Part shown: piece after piece, positions 38,656 to 47,864 of the stretch | Position numbering within the stretch: position 1 is the stretch's first letter | How the letters are laid out: each line of letters begins with the position of its first letter | From: a virus | Lineage: Duplodnaviria; Caudoviricetes | DNA length: 64,000 bases | IMG/VR virus record: IMGVR_UViG_3300026311_000016 | Span: 5,615-69,614 of that record | Direction: 5' to 3' (one strand) | Notes under the pieces: model-generated | What the model saw: only the letters and a program-made list of their open reading frames with translations | Database searches by the model: none | What the model was told of the DNA's origin: nothing | Made by a program: the position numbers and the translations under genes

Positions 38656-38874
38656 ATGAAACAATCAACCATTAATTACTATGATGCTGTACAATGTAAA
38701 GATAAAATAACTGGTAAAATAGGAGATTTTCTTCATAATGGCGATTTTTGTGCAGTCTCACCAATATTTGATAACTTAATAGATTTTTTTGAATGGACAA
38801 AAATTAATTGTGTTATTGTTGGTTATGTAGATGATAATCCATATAAACCAATATATAATCTAACGGGAGTATAA
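38656..38874 (+). CDS. early hypothetical protein
   Basis: RBS AGGAGT. Confidence 0.55.
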   Translation: MKQSTINYYDAVQCKDKITGKIGDFLHNGDFCAVSPIFDNLIDFFEWTKINCVIVGYVDDNPYKPIYNLTGV

Positions 38875-38921
38875 GAAATGAGTAAACAAAAACTCAAAAT
38901 ATATATTGAAAGGGTTGCCAG

Positions 38922-39032
38922 ATGATCTATAAACTATTCTTATCTCTTATTATCTTTCTAATCATACTACTATCCGGTTCACTAATTGGTTGTGGATTAG
39001 GCATCATTTCATTTTTAATGGTAAGGAGTTAA
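38922..39032 (+). CDS. 36-aa membrane peptide (not in track)
   Basis: MIYKLFLSLIIFLIILLSGSLIGCGLGIISFLMVRS. Confidence 0.4.
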   Translation: MIYKLFLSLIIFLIILLSGSLIGCGLGIISFLMVRS

Positions 39033-39036
39033 TACT

Positions 39037-39240
39037 ATGGTATGTCCAGCTTGTTTGAATAGTGATAAAGATGATTTTACTCAAATTAAACAACCATTCA
39101 CAGTTCAAGATAGAGGTAACTATTATTCAGAAACAAAAGAAATATATTTATATGTCTGTAATAAATGTTCGTGTATTATGGCAGATCATTATATGTTTAA
39201 TCAAAAAGAAGATCCAAATGAGAAAGAAGAGGAAATATGA
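39037..39240 (+). CDS. zinc-ribbon early protein
   Basis: CPAC ... CNKC; RBS AAGGAG. Confidence 0.6.
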   Translation: MVCPACLNSDKDDFTQIKQPFTVQDRGNYYSETKEIYLYVCNKCSCIMADHYMFNQKEDPNEKEEEI

Positions 39241-39388
39241 TAGAAATAACTGAGACAGTAAGCAGACTATTACGATCTAATACATACAGTTAAATGTTTG
39301 GTTCATAATCTAAATGATGATCATGGAATACTAAAAGGTTGTGAATGGTTATCCAAATATCAAAACTATATTGTGAGGTGTGGAGAAA

Positions 39389-39688
39389 ATGAAACAGATA
39401 ATAATCACTATCATCATTTTATTGGCAGTGACAGGCTGTAATCCCGTAGCAACAAGATTGCACGTAACAGCATCCCATTCAAATAGAAATGAGATAGAAT
39501 CAACATTATCCAACATATTGTTAAACGCTCAATATGCAGCAAGACAGGGCAAATACACAACTGCATATAGATATAGTTCAGATTCGGATATATCTGATAT
39601 TGTGAAGTTTTTGAAGGGTAAAAATATGCAGTTTAAAGTAACGGTAGATAGTAACGAAATATTCAAAACGATAATACTGGAGTGGTAA
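39389..39688 (+). CDS. putative lipoprotein
   Basis: start reassigned to ATG 39389 (RBS GGAG): MKQIIITIIILLAVTG-C lipobox. Confidence 0.6.
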   Translation: MKQIIITIIILLAVTGCNPVATRLHVTASHSNRNEIESTLSNILLNAQYAARQGKYTTAYRYSSDSDISDIVKFLKGKNMQFKVTVDSNEIFKTIILEW

Positions 39689-39737
39689 AATTAAACTAAA
39701 GAGTAAACAAAACAAATCAAACTCAATTGGAGGATTT

Positions 39738-39908
39738 ATGAACAGAGATATTAAAATAACAAAAGCCGGTTACCTGTACATCAATGGCAAAAAAGCCTCG
39801 CCCAGGCGAATTACACCGCTTTATGTCGGTGCAGATATTCTTGATCCAGATGAGCAAGAAATTACACGTAAATGGGCATTTACCCATTACGAAATGGTTA
39901 ACAACTAA
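39738..39908 (+). CDS. 56-aa early protein (not in track)
   Basis: RBS GGAGG; MNRDIKITKAGYLYINGKK. Confidence 0.6.
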   Translation: MNRDIKITKAGYLYINGKKASPRRITPLYVGADILDPDEQEITRKWAFTHYEMVNN

Positions 39909-39928
39909 CCACACAGATAGGAGAGATT

Positions 39929-40099
39929 ATGAGTTGTTATAGAATTGAAAACATTCAACTCATTAGATTAAATGGAAAGTTATTAAAAATATTTACTGTG
40001 TATGAATATAATCCAGAACAGAATGGATATGTTCACATCGGTCAATATACAGCACCGAAAAATACTAAAGACGAAGATTTAATAAACTATATTGAATAG
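39929..40099 (+). CDS. 56-aa early protein (not in track)
   Basis: RBS AGGAG; MSCYRIENIQLIRLNGK. Confidence 0.6.
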   Translation: MSCYRIENIQLIRLNGKLLKIFTVYEYNPEQNGYVHIGQYTAPKNTKDEDLINYIE

Positions 40100-40109
40100 G
40101 AGTAGATAT

Positions 40110-40208
40110 ATGTTGATCTATCTTAATGCAATGATAGACTGTTATCATGTTGTGAACAAAATTCACTCATTTAACATAGTGGGTGAATACGTTTACGTAA
40201 GTTATTAA
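40110..40208 (+). CDS. 32-aa micropeptide, copy 2 (not in track)
   Basis: MLIYLNAMIDCYHVVNKIHSFNIVGEYVYVSY; RBS TAGGAGT. Confidence 0.7.
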   Translation: MLIYLNAMIDCYHVVNKIHSFNIVGEYVYVSY

Positions 40209-40229
40209 CTGATAAGGAGTAAGTTAAAA

Positions 40230-40252
40230 GTGTCTTGAAAATTTCAAGACAC
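40230..40252. repeat. inverted repeat, copy 2
   Basis: GTGTCTTGAAA-a-TTTCAAGACAC followed by ATA..GACTTATCA.TAT. Confidence 0.85.
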
Positions 40253-40301
40253 ATACCGACTTATCACTATTTAAATCACATCAATATACAGGAGTCATAT
40301 T

Positions 40302-40787
40302 ATGTATATAAAATTATTAGACGAAAAAACATTACAGAAAGTTTATAAAAATTCTACTATATTAGTATACAATGAGAGAACGAGAATTATAACAGATGGG
40401 ATATTCACCATCAAAAACTACTCCACTGTGAAGTTTACAAAAGATATACTTTCGGTTCTATTTCCAAAAATCAGAGAAATAAGAGAGTATAAAAACTTTA
40501 ACACTATTCTCAATAAACCGGAAACGTATGTATACGAAAAGACTTGTATTATAATCGAACATGATAAAAAACAATATCGTATCTACAAAAGGCCAGATTC
40601 AGACAACATAATAGTAATTGATGACAAATACACACAGTATTTTCCCTTATATCTGTATGCTTATAAAGATTTTAAAATCATTTGTTACAATGAAAAAACC
40701 CGCAATGAAAGCAATTTTATAGTAATGGGAGTAAAATACTATGATACGCTTACTGAAGCAATGGAAAACAATTTCTTAATACACTAA
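40302..40787 (+). CDS. early hypothetical protein
   Basis: 161 aa, RBS AGGAGT. Confidence 0.55.
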   Translation: MYIKLLDEKTLQKVYKNSTILVYNERTRIITDGIFTIKNYSTVKFTKDILSVLFPKIREIREYKNFNTILNKPETYVYEKTCIIIEHDKKQYRIYKRPDSDNIIVIDDKYTQYFPLYLYAYKDFKIICYNEKTRNESNFIVMGVKYYDTLTEAMENNFLIH

Positions 40788-40924
40788 TCACTTATAACTT
40801 GTTAATAACTCCAATAACGATTCACTTTTGACTTTGGATATGATACCAAAGTGGAATTATACGAAAACGATAAACGGATAAATTATGTTGAAACTGAATT
40901 TTAATTAAAAGGAGAAAAAGAAAA

Positions 40925-41125
40925 ATGGAAATAATAACAGTCGTTAAAAAGGGTCCGTATGGCGAGTTGGTAACATATGCCTTCTCGACACTCCAAGCAG
41001 CAATAGAAACGTTCCCAATTATTGGGACGTATTCTGAAATATTATTTGAAATAGAGTCGCCATATGGTATGACTATAAACAACAGAGATATTAATATTAA
41101 TGTTAAAAAATGCTTTGTTTATTAA
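40925..41125 (+). CDS. early hypothetical protein
   Basis: RBS AGGAG. Confidence 0.55.
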   Translation: MEIITVVKKGPYGELVTYAFSTLQAAIETFPIIGTYSEILFEIESPYGMTINNRDININVKKCFVY

Positions 41126-41295
41126 TTAACAAAACACAGGGGAAATATGAATATAAAGCATCTTCAAAAAACTATAGGATACCAAAAAGATAAATCGTGT
41201 CCAAATTTAGGTGATGAGTGGTGTGAAATTGAGTGTGGATATTTAAACAATAAAGAACTGATTAAATTTTTGGAGATAGGTAAGGAGAAAACAAA

Positions 41296-41634
41296 ATGAA
41301 AAGGTATTTTTCAGCAGAATCAGCACATGGTAGTAGTACATCATGGGGTTTTTCAAATGATACTATCGTATACGTATTTGCTTCCAAATCCGATAGGAAC
41401 AGGTATGTGAGAGAATCAAGTAATCTATCAGTTAAAGCAATCAAGAAGTCTGAGGTTACAAAACAGGCCACTAATTTTTCTTTAACTCAAAACAAAGATA
41501 ACAAACCAAACCCATTCAAAGGGGAGTTTTGGGGAATCGAAGAAGTAGAGGAGAACGATAAAGGGATTATTGGCCAGGTAACAATATTCAATGATGAAAG
41601 TGTTCCTTGGTTTATTGAACGTCTTTTTAAATAA
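41296..41634 (+). CDS. early hypothetical protein
   Basis: 112 aa, RBS AAGGAG. Confidence 0.6.
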   Translation: MKRYFSAESAHGSSTSWGFSNDTIVYVFASKSDRNRYVRESSNLSVKAIKKSEVTKQATNFSLTQNKDNKPNPFKGEFWGIEEVEENDKGIIGQVTIFNDESVPWFIERLFK

Positions 41635-41639
41635 TCTTC

Positions 41640-41668
41640 TTGCCATTCTATAAATTTAACTGTATATT
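41640..41668 (+). promoter_or_regulatory. sigma70-like promoter with TCTATA in the spacer
   Basis: TTGCCA-ttctataaatttaactg(17)-TATATT. Confidence 0.55.
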
Positions 41669-41845
41669 ATAATAAACGATACGTGTACCAATAGAAAGTG
41701 AGGTGGTAGAGTAATGAGTAGTGTAGATTGTACAATAACAGAAGATCTTTCACTTCATAATTTTTTATCGGATATTATGAGTGGGGATGAAGATGAAGTA
41801 CAGGAACTGATGTTTGATGAACATTTTTATAGAGGAGATGATTAA

Positions 41846-42193
41846 ATGAAAATCGTAGTAAATAAATGTTTTGGCGGTTTTAGTGTTAGTAGAAAAGCTG
41901 TAGAATTTATGGCTGAAAGGGGTAACGAACAGGCAAAGGCTGAATTAGATGAAATCCTATCTGGTAAATATGCTAATGCTGCTTACGATATTTATTTTGG
42001 ATATTCGGAAAAGTTCGAATCTGAATATAATAGGACCGATCCAGATTTAATATTAGCCGTTGAAACTTTGAAAGATGAAGCTAATAGTAGTTGTTCTAAA
42101 TTAAAAGTCGTCGAAATCCCTGACGGAATAGAATGGGAAATTACTGATTATGACGGCGTGGAAACAATCCACGAAAAACATAGGACTTGGTAA
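41846..42193 (+). CDS. conserved phage protein
   Basis: VVNKCFGGFS...RTDPDLI...LKVVEIPD..EW.I.DYDG.E.IHE.HR.W. Confidence 0.7.
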   Translation: MKIVVNKCFGGFSVSRKAVEFMAERGNEQAKAELDEILSGKYANAAYDIYFGYSEKFESEYNRTDPDLILAVETLKDEANSSCSKLKVVEIPDGIEWEITDYDGVETIHEKHRTW

Positions 42194-42260
42194 TGGAAAG
42201 ATATCTATGGATACGAAGGATATTATGGATGGGGATGAGTAAACGAAATGGAGAAAAAAT

Positions 42261-42434
42261 ATGTCATTACTTGATAAAATCTTCCTGATTTCGATGGTTT
42301 TGTTTATTCCGTCTTTTATAATATGTAAAATCAACGAAGACAAAAACGATACTATATTTACTGTAACAGGATATATAACTGTTATAAGCGGATTATCAGT
42401 TATGGTGTGTACTTTCATACACGATTTATTTTAA
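42261..42434 (+). CDS. small two-TM membrane protein (not in track)
   Basis: 57 aa with two hydrophobic segments; RBS GGAG. Confidence 0.55.
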   Translation: MSLLDKIFLISMVLFIPSFIICKINEDKNDTIFTVTGYITVISGLSVMVCTFIHDLF

Positions 42435-42458
42435 CGTAAGATACAAGGAGAGTGAATA

Positions 42459-42674
42459 ATGGAAATAGGATTGTTAGGTAAAATATTTTTAACTGAAGTA
42501 GTGGTGTTTTTAGTTAGTTTGTTCTTGATGAGAGTTGATTTCGATACTGTGGTTAGAGACGAAAGTGATAAAATAATAAGTAGTTCAAAACTGTTTGTTA
42601 TTTCAGGAATCATTACACTTATTAGTTTAATATCGATTGTTGTTACATTACTTATTGGAATATGGAGGATGTAA
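42459..42674 (+). CDS. small two-TM membrane protein
   Basis: two hydrophobic segments; RBS AAGGAG. Confidence 0.6.
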   Translation: MEIGLLGKIFLTEVVVFLVSLFLMRVDFDTVVRDESDKIISSSKLFVISGIITLISLISIVVTLLIGIWRM

Positions 42675-42675
42675 T

Positions 42676-42840
42676 ATGTTGGGACTTTTAATTGGTTCAG
42701 CTATAATTGGTTTTGTAACTGCTATATGTGGTTATCCTATTATTACTGATACAGGATTATTTTCATTCAAAGGATTTATAATTATTTTCACTGTTAATAC
42801 GATTTGGTTTTGTTTATATCATATATTATTTAATAAATAG
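42676..42840 (+). CDS. small two-TM membrane protein
   Basis: start reassigned to ATG 42676 after GGAGG. Confidence 0.55.
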   Translation: MLGLLIGSAIIGFVTAICGYPIITDTGLFSFKGFIIIFTVNTIWFCLYHILFNK

Positions 42841-42850
42841 GAGGTGTGTT

Positions 42851-43627
42851 ATTCCTACACAAGTTTATAAAAATAAATCTGGTAAACGAGTAAGCTCTGT
42901 AACAACCATCATTGGGAATTTGGGTTGGAATAGAGAAATATTAATGAGATGGATTTATAATTCTATGAAACAAGGTATAGATCCATATGAAAAACGGGAT
43001 AAGGCTTGTGATCTTGGTACTTACATTCATCTGTGTATTGAGCATCTTATTTATAACGCTCCAGTACCAGAAGAAGATACAAGTAAGATGTCATTCGAAG
43101 ACGTTCTTATTGCTGAGAAAGCAGTAGATAAGTATAAACAGTTAGAATCGGATCTGGCTTTAACTTGTCTTGAATCCGAGATTGCTTTGGTGTCTGAAGA
43201 GTATCAGTTTGGCGGATGTCCAGATAACATCTATCAGTGTGAGACAAAAAAGATCAAATGTACGGTTGAAAATGAAGTTGTAGCAGCATATTTATGTGGG
43301 CTTGGTATGGAAAAACCAGTATTATTAAATGATACTAAATCATCTAAGGGTATATGGGCTTCTAATATCATCCAGCTTGGTGCTTATGATCATTTGATCA
43401 GAGAAGCTACCAATTATCGACCAGATGGGTATTTGATTGTTAAAGTAAATAAAGATATTGATCAGGTGATTGATGATATTAATCTCGTATCATTAATACC
43501 AGTACCTAAAAAAATGATAGAAACCGGTTGGGAAATATTTAAACATTTATTATATTTACATACAATCAAATCACAATTTGAAAAAGAAGTTAAGCAGTTA
43601 ACAGAAAGGGTAAGTGAAAAAGTATGA
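42851..43627 (+). CDS. PD-(D/E)XK exonuclease, probable ATT start
   Basis: frame open upstream of the track start: PTQVYKNKSGKRVSSVTTII; GT..H, GG.PD, D.KSS and QL.AY motifs; AGGAGGT RBS 5 nt before ATT. Confidence 0.75.
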   Translation: MPTQVYKNKSGKRVSSVTTIIGNLGWNREILMRWIYNSMKQGIDPYEKRDKACDLGTYIHLCIEHLIYNAPVPEEDTSKMSFEDVLIAEKAVDKYKQLESDLALTCLESEIALVSEEYQFGGCPDNIYQCETKKIKCTVENEVVAAYLCGLGMEKPVLLNDTKSSKGIWASNIIQLGAYDHLIREATNYRPDGYLIVKVNKDIDQVIDDINLVSLIPVPKKMIETGWEIFKHLLYLHTIKSQFEKEVKQLTERVSEKV

Positions 43628-43830
43628 AAGTGGAAGTTAAGGAAGTGAAAAAAACATTTAAACCCGTAACTGTAGAGGTTACATTTGAAGACAGAGAAGA
43701 GTTATATGATACAAGAGCAGGTTTTGTAACAAGGATGGATACCTGTTACGGTGAAGGGTGTGGTAATTATATGTCATTAGACCCTACCTGTCAGGCTATC
43801 AGAAAAGCGCTTAAAGAGGCCGGATATTGA
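43624..43830 (+). CDS. hypothetical protein
   Basis: ATGA overlap. Confidence 0.5.
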   Translation: MKVEVKEVKKTFKPVTVEVTFEDREELYDTRAGFVTRMDTCYGEGCGNYMSLDPTCQAIRKALKEAGY

Positions 43831-43897
43831 ACCACCGGTTGTAATTTTGACACTAAGTAACGAACAGTAATTTTAACAATTAATAGGAGGAGTTAGT

Positions 43898-44773
43898 ATG
43901 AGTAAGTTTAAGAAAGCAACGAAAGAACAGGCTAAGGCACGTATAGCTTTATTTGGCCCGTCTGGATCAGGTAAAACAAAATCGGCTTTGCGCATTGCTA
44001 AAGGGCTGGGTAATAAGATAGCATTGATTGACAGTGAAAGAGGATCTGCCAGTAAATATGCTGATGATCATGAGTTCGATACTTGTGATTTAAATAAAAA
44101 GAATATTGATGAATATGTTTCTCTGATTGAGGATGCTGGTAAAGAAGGTTATGATGTGCTTATAATTGACTCGTTATCTCATGCATGGCAGGAATTACTT
44201 GAAGAGATAGATATGGTTGCAAAAGCTAAATACCGTGGTAATACATGGTCTGCATGGAGCGAAGGAACCCCAAAACAACGAAAATTAGTTGATGCTATTC
44301 TCGATTATCCTGGACATGTGATAGCAACAATGCGAAGTAAAACTGAATGGGTGCAAGAAAAGGATGAAAAGTCAGGTAAAACAAAACCGATTCGTGTGGG
44401 TTTATCACCAGAACAAGGGAAAAATATCGAATATGAATTTGATATGCTTTTTGAGATCAATCCAGAACATTACTGTACTATTATCAAAGATCGTACAGGT
44501 AAATTTCAAGACAGGATCATACAATATCCAGATGAATCTTTCGGTGAAGAAATCAAAGCGTGGCTGTGTTCTGGTAAGGTTCCTGAGAAGAAACAACCCA
44601 AAGCATCACAACAATTCCTTGCAGCTATGGAACAGCTTAAAGCTCGAGTAGGTGAAGAGAAGTACAATGACTTTCTGTTATCACACAAGATAACAGAACT
44701 GGAAAGTGTGATTGATAAAGATGTTCAAACTAAATTATACAAAGGACTTAAAGCTCTCGTAGAAAGGAAGTAG
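43898..44773 (+). CDS. AAA-family ATPase (Sak4/AAA_24-like recombination protein)
   Basis: GPSGSGKT, IIDSLSHAW, EYEFD. Confidence 0.85.
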   Translation: MSKFKKATKEQAKARIALFGPSGSGKTKSALRIAKGLGNKIALIDSERGSASKYADDHEFDTCDLNKKNIDEYVSLIEDAGKEGYDVLIIDSLSHAWQELLEEIDMVAKAKYRGNTWSAWSEGTPKQRKLVDAILDYPGHVIATMRSKTEWVQEKDEKSGKTKPIRVGLSPEQGKNIEYEFDMLFEINPEHYCTIIKDRTGKFQDRIIQYPDESFGEEIKAWLCSGKVPEKKQPKASQQFLAAMEQLKARVGEEKYNDFLLSHKITELESVIDKDVQTKLYKGLKALVERK

Positions 44774-44776
44774 TCA

Positions 44777-44998
44777 ATGGCTAAAGCACAGAAAGTACCG
44801 ATAAAACAGTATAAGATTGTTCTTGAGTTAAGTGAGGAAGAGGCTATAGTATTAAAACATATGGTTGGTAATGTTCTTGGTAGTGGGAAAATAAGAGACA
44901 TTACAAATAACATTTATTATTCACTTGAGTGTTGTGGTATTAATGATTTAGATGGTAATTTATTCACTGATGAATTCAGAATAAAAGAAAGGAACTAA
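44777..44998 (+). CDS. hypothetical protein
   Basis: VLELSEEEA motif; RBS. Confidence 0.5.
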   Translation: MAKAQKVPIKQYKIVLELSEEEAIVLKHMVGNVLGSGKIRDITNNIYYSLECCGINDLDGNLFTDEFRIKERN

Positions 44999-45001
44999 GA
45001 A

Positions 45002-45268
45002 ATGTCAGAACGCAATTATGTAGGTAAGGGTAAGGTAGTAGGTAAGTTCGGTAACATCAGAATCGGACTTAAACCAGAGCAGTTACAGCAGTTTGTAAAC
45101 AGTGCTGGGTATGTCAATCTCATCATCAGTGAGATGAGAGAAGAAGATAAGTACGGTAATAAATTCACCGTATATGTTGATGACTTCATACCACAACAGA
45201 GAGAAGGTCAGCAGAGTCAACCAGTAGGTAGTAATACCGAAGGTAACTCCGACGATCTGCCGTTTTAA
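45002..45268 (+). CDS. putative single-stranded DNA-binding protein
   Basis: short beta fold, Q/G linker, acidic DDLPF tail; lies with the exonuclease and ATPase. Confidence 0.6.
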   Translation: MSERNYVGKGKVVGKFGNIRIGLKPEQLQQFVNSAGYVNLIISEMREEDKYGNKFTVYVDDFIPQQREGQQSQPVGSNTEGNSDDLPF

Positions 45269-45283
45269 CTGAAACAACAACCC

Positions 45284-45314
45284 GACACATGGCTATATGC
45301 TGTGTGTCTTTTTT
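45284..45314 (+). terminator. intrinsic terminator
   Basis: GACACATGGC-tatat-GCTGTGTGTC-TTTTTT. Confidence 0.8.
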
Positions 45315-45329
45315 ATTTTGGAGGAATCT

Positions 45330-45506
45330 ATGGAACGTAACGAACTTAAACAACAGTCATCATTCAGACATATCGAATATGCTATTGGCCATCTCAATAA
45401 TATACCAGTAAATGATCCTCATAGGTTTGAGTTATACCAATATTTAGCTGGCCATATAGCTGATGAGATGTTGGAAATGTTTCGTAAAATGGTGGATAAG
45501 AAATAA
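45330..45506 (+). CDS. hypothetical protein
   Basis: start reassigned to ATG 45330 after GGAGG. Confidence 0.5.
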   Translation: MERNELKQQSSFRHIEYAIGHLNNIPVNDPHRFELYQYLAGHIADEMLEMFRKMVDKK

Positions 45507-45535
45507 ACTTAGTCTAAACTAACAACTAACAAGAT

Positions 45536-45572
45536 ACATCCATAGCAATAATGCTGTGGGTGTTCCTTTTTT
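45536..45572 (+). terminator. intrinsic terminator
   Basis: ACATCCATAGCA-ataa-TGCTGTGGGTGT-tcc-TTTTTT. Confidence 0.7.
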
Positions 45573-45615
45573 CATTTGGAGGAATCTTATGTTTGATTTT
45601 GAATGAGGAGGAATC

Positions 45616-45879
45616 GTGCTAGTATATGTAGTTACTATGTATCGTTTTGCTCAAAGATACAATCACAGTTACGTTAGTGGTGTTTATAAGGACGAACTAC
45701 GTGCTTTAAAGGAAGCTGAGAAAGAACAGATGTCTCGTGGAGGTACTAAGTATTATCCTGAGATATGGGAATATGATTTAGATAACGAGAAACAACGAAG
45801 AGTACTGAAGCTAGGTGATGAAGTGAACGCACTAACACTACAAGAACGTCATGACTGGGCTCAGAAATTGTCTGAATAG
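45616..45879 (+). CDS. hypothetical protein
   Basis: GTG start, RBS GAGGAGG. Confidence 0.55.
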   Translation: MLVYVVTMYRFAQRYNHSYVSGVYKDELRALKEAEKEQMSRGGTKYYPEIWEYDLDNEKQRRVLKLGDEVNALTLQERHDWAQKLSE

Positions 45880-45888
45880 GAGATTATC

Positions 45889-47721
45889 ATGGTTGAGATA
45901 AGTGAGAGGTATGTGGTACTTGACATTGAGACGTGGTGTCCTAAAGGTACACCAGATCCAGAAGTGGACGAGTTGAGATATATTGGGTTTAGGAACTTTA
46001 AGGGGAAGAATGTTTGTTATCATTATACTGAACGTGAACAGATACAAAGAGTATTAAATTACTTTCCTTACATTATTGGTCATAACATTAAGGATTATGA
46101 TATACCAGTGTTGGAACGTGCTGGATTCATTATACCAGGAACCACTATCATCATTGATACCTATGTAATCACCGACAACCGATTAAAGTCTATGATGTAT
46201 CTCGATCTCAATCAAGGTGACAGATCACTTAAAAAGCTCTGTGAACGTTTCAATCTGGAACATAAAAAAGGTGAGTTTGATTATTCTTTACTTCAGAAAG
46301 ATAAACTCGAAGGTGAAGAGTATCAGCAATTGGAAGATTACCTGTTTGGTGATTTGATGAGTTGTGACGACCTGTTTAAATATTACTATGATTTTTTCTA
46401 TGGATTCAGAGAATATATGGATGCTAACAACCAGAGAAAGATGAGTTGGTTAGTGTGTCGTCCAGGAGCAACAGCATATAAATGTATCTGTAATATTGCT
46501 GGATTACCTGAAGAATACGATGATTCAGTGGAAGATACAGATGATTTATTTGAGGGTGGTTTTGTAGCTGAACCATACAAAGATTATGATTCTGGTGACA
46601 TATATTTATATGATGCGTCAAGTTTATATCCTCATATGATGATGGGATTTAACTTATATTCTCCAGTAACAAATAGTGATGAAGAATATTGGAAAGGATC
46701 TGAAATTTATCCTACTCATTATGGTAATAGTCATGAAGGACTAAAGGGTAAATATTCGAGAGTGATGGGTAAAGTAGAGAAAGCATTACAGGATCTATAT
46801 GGTAAACGTTTACTGGTAACAGAGAAGATTAAAGATAAAACATTACCACAAGAAGAAAAAAACAAATATGAAAAAGAGAGATTAGCAATTAAAATCTTGA
46901 TAAATACGATTTTTGGCATATCTGGAAGTCCTAAGTTTAAATCTGTTTATAACGAAACAACAGCATCAGACATTACAGCAATGGGTAGAAGAACGATTCT
47001 TCATGCCAGAACCTGTTTAGAACAGAAAGGATATGAGTGTTTATATACTGATACAGATTCTATATTCTTTAAAGATCCTTTTGGTAGTGAATATAAAGTA
47101 AAAGAAACGATGGCTTATATTTCTGAGTGGCAGAGAAAGTCTATGAATATTAGAATAGATACTCATGGTTTTGCTTTTGAATCGAAGATTAAATATATCT
47201 ATTTCTTTAGAGATGATTCAAACAACTTTGTAAAGAAGCAATATATCTATGTTAGTGATGATGGTAAAGTGAAAGCTAAAGGTATCCGTATAGTGCGTGG
47301 AGACTGTTCACCTATTGCTAAAACAGTTTACGAGAAATATATTAAACCGTTGGCTCTTGAAGGTAAATCTCTTAAACTATCAATAGAACAGATAACTAAC
47401 TGGTTGAAGGATGAAATTAAGCTGAATCCTGAACAACTAAAGAAACGGTACAGATTAAAACCGTTAGATCAGTATAAGATAGCTGAGGGTAAAGACGAGG
47501 CAACTGGATTACACGCACAGTTGAGTAAACGGTACGGAGCAGGGGAACATTATTTTGTAGTTAATAAAAGGATCGGACCTGGCAAGGGAAATCATTACTG
47601 TACGTTAGAAGAACTGAAAGAAAAATATGGTGATCAATGGGTAGATCAGATTAAGTTAGATATGTACTTGAATGATCTGAAATGTTTTGTATGTGATGAA
47701 GAAAGGAAAAAGATAAAATGA
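45889..47721 (+). CDS. DNA polymerase, family B
   Basis: Exo LDIET, GHNI..YDIPVL, YL.GD; Pol DASSLYP, KILINTIFG, YTDTDS. Confidence 0.92.
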   Translation: MVEISERYVVLDIETWCPKGTPDPEVDELRYIGFRNFKGKNVCYHYTEREQIQRVLNYFPYIIGHNIKDYDIPVLERAGFIIPGTTIIIDTYVITDNRLKSMMYLDLNQGDRSLKKLCERFNLEHKKGEFDYSLLQKDKLEGEEYQQLEDYLFGDLMSCDDLFKYYYDFFYGFREYMDANNQRKMSWLVCRPGATAYKCICNIAGLPEEYDDSVEDTDDLFEGGFVAEPYKDYDSGDIYLYDASSLYPHMMMGFNLYSPVTNSDEEYWKGSEIYPTHYGNSHEGLKGKYSRVMGKVEKALQDLYGKRLLVTEKIKDKTLPQEEKNKYEKERLAIKILINTIFGISGSPKFKSVYNETTASDITAMGRRTILHARTCLEQKGYECLYTDTDSIFFKDPFGSEYKVKETMAYISEWQRKSMNIRIDTHGFAFESKIKYIYFFRDDSNNFVKKQYIYVSDDGKVKAKGIRIVRGDCSPIAKTVYEKYIKPLALEGKSLKLSIEQITNWLKDEIKLNPEQLKKRYRLKPLDQYKIAEGKDEATGLHAQLSKRYGAGEHYFVVNKRIGPGKGNHYCTLEELKEKYGDQWVDQIKLDMYLNDLKCFVCDEERKKIK

Positions 47722-47864
47722 TCGAAGAAAATACTGTATCAGATATTAGACAGCCTTTTATTAAAAATATAAATGAGGAATTACAAAGATTAACCGTTGA
47801 AGAACTCGATAAAGTATATAAATTCATCAGAACTAACATTATTGCTAATATAAAGGAGTAAACT

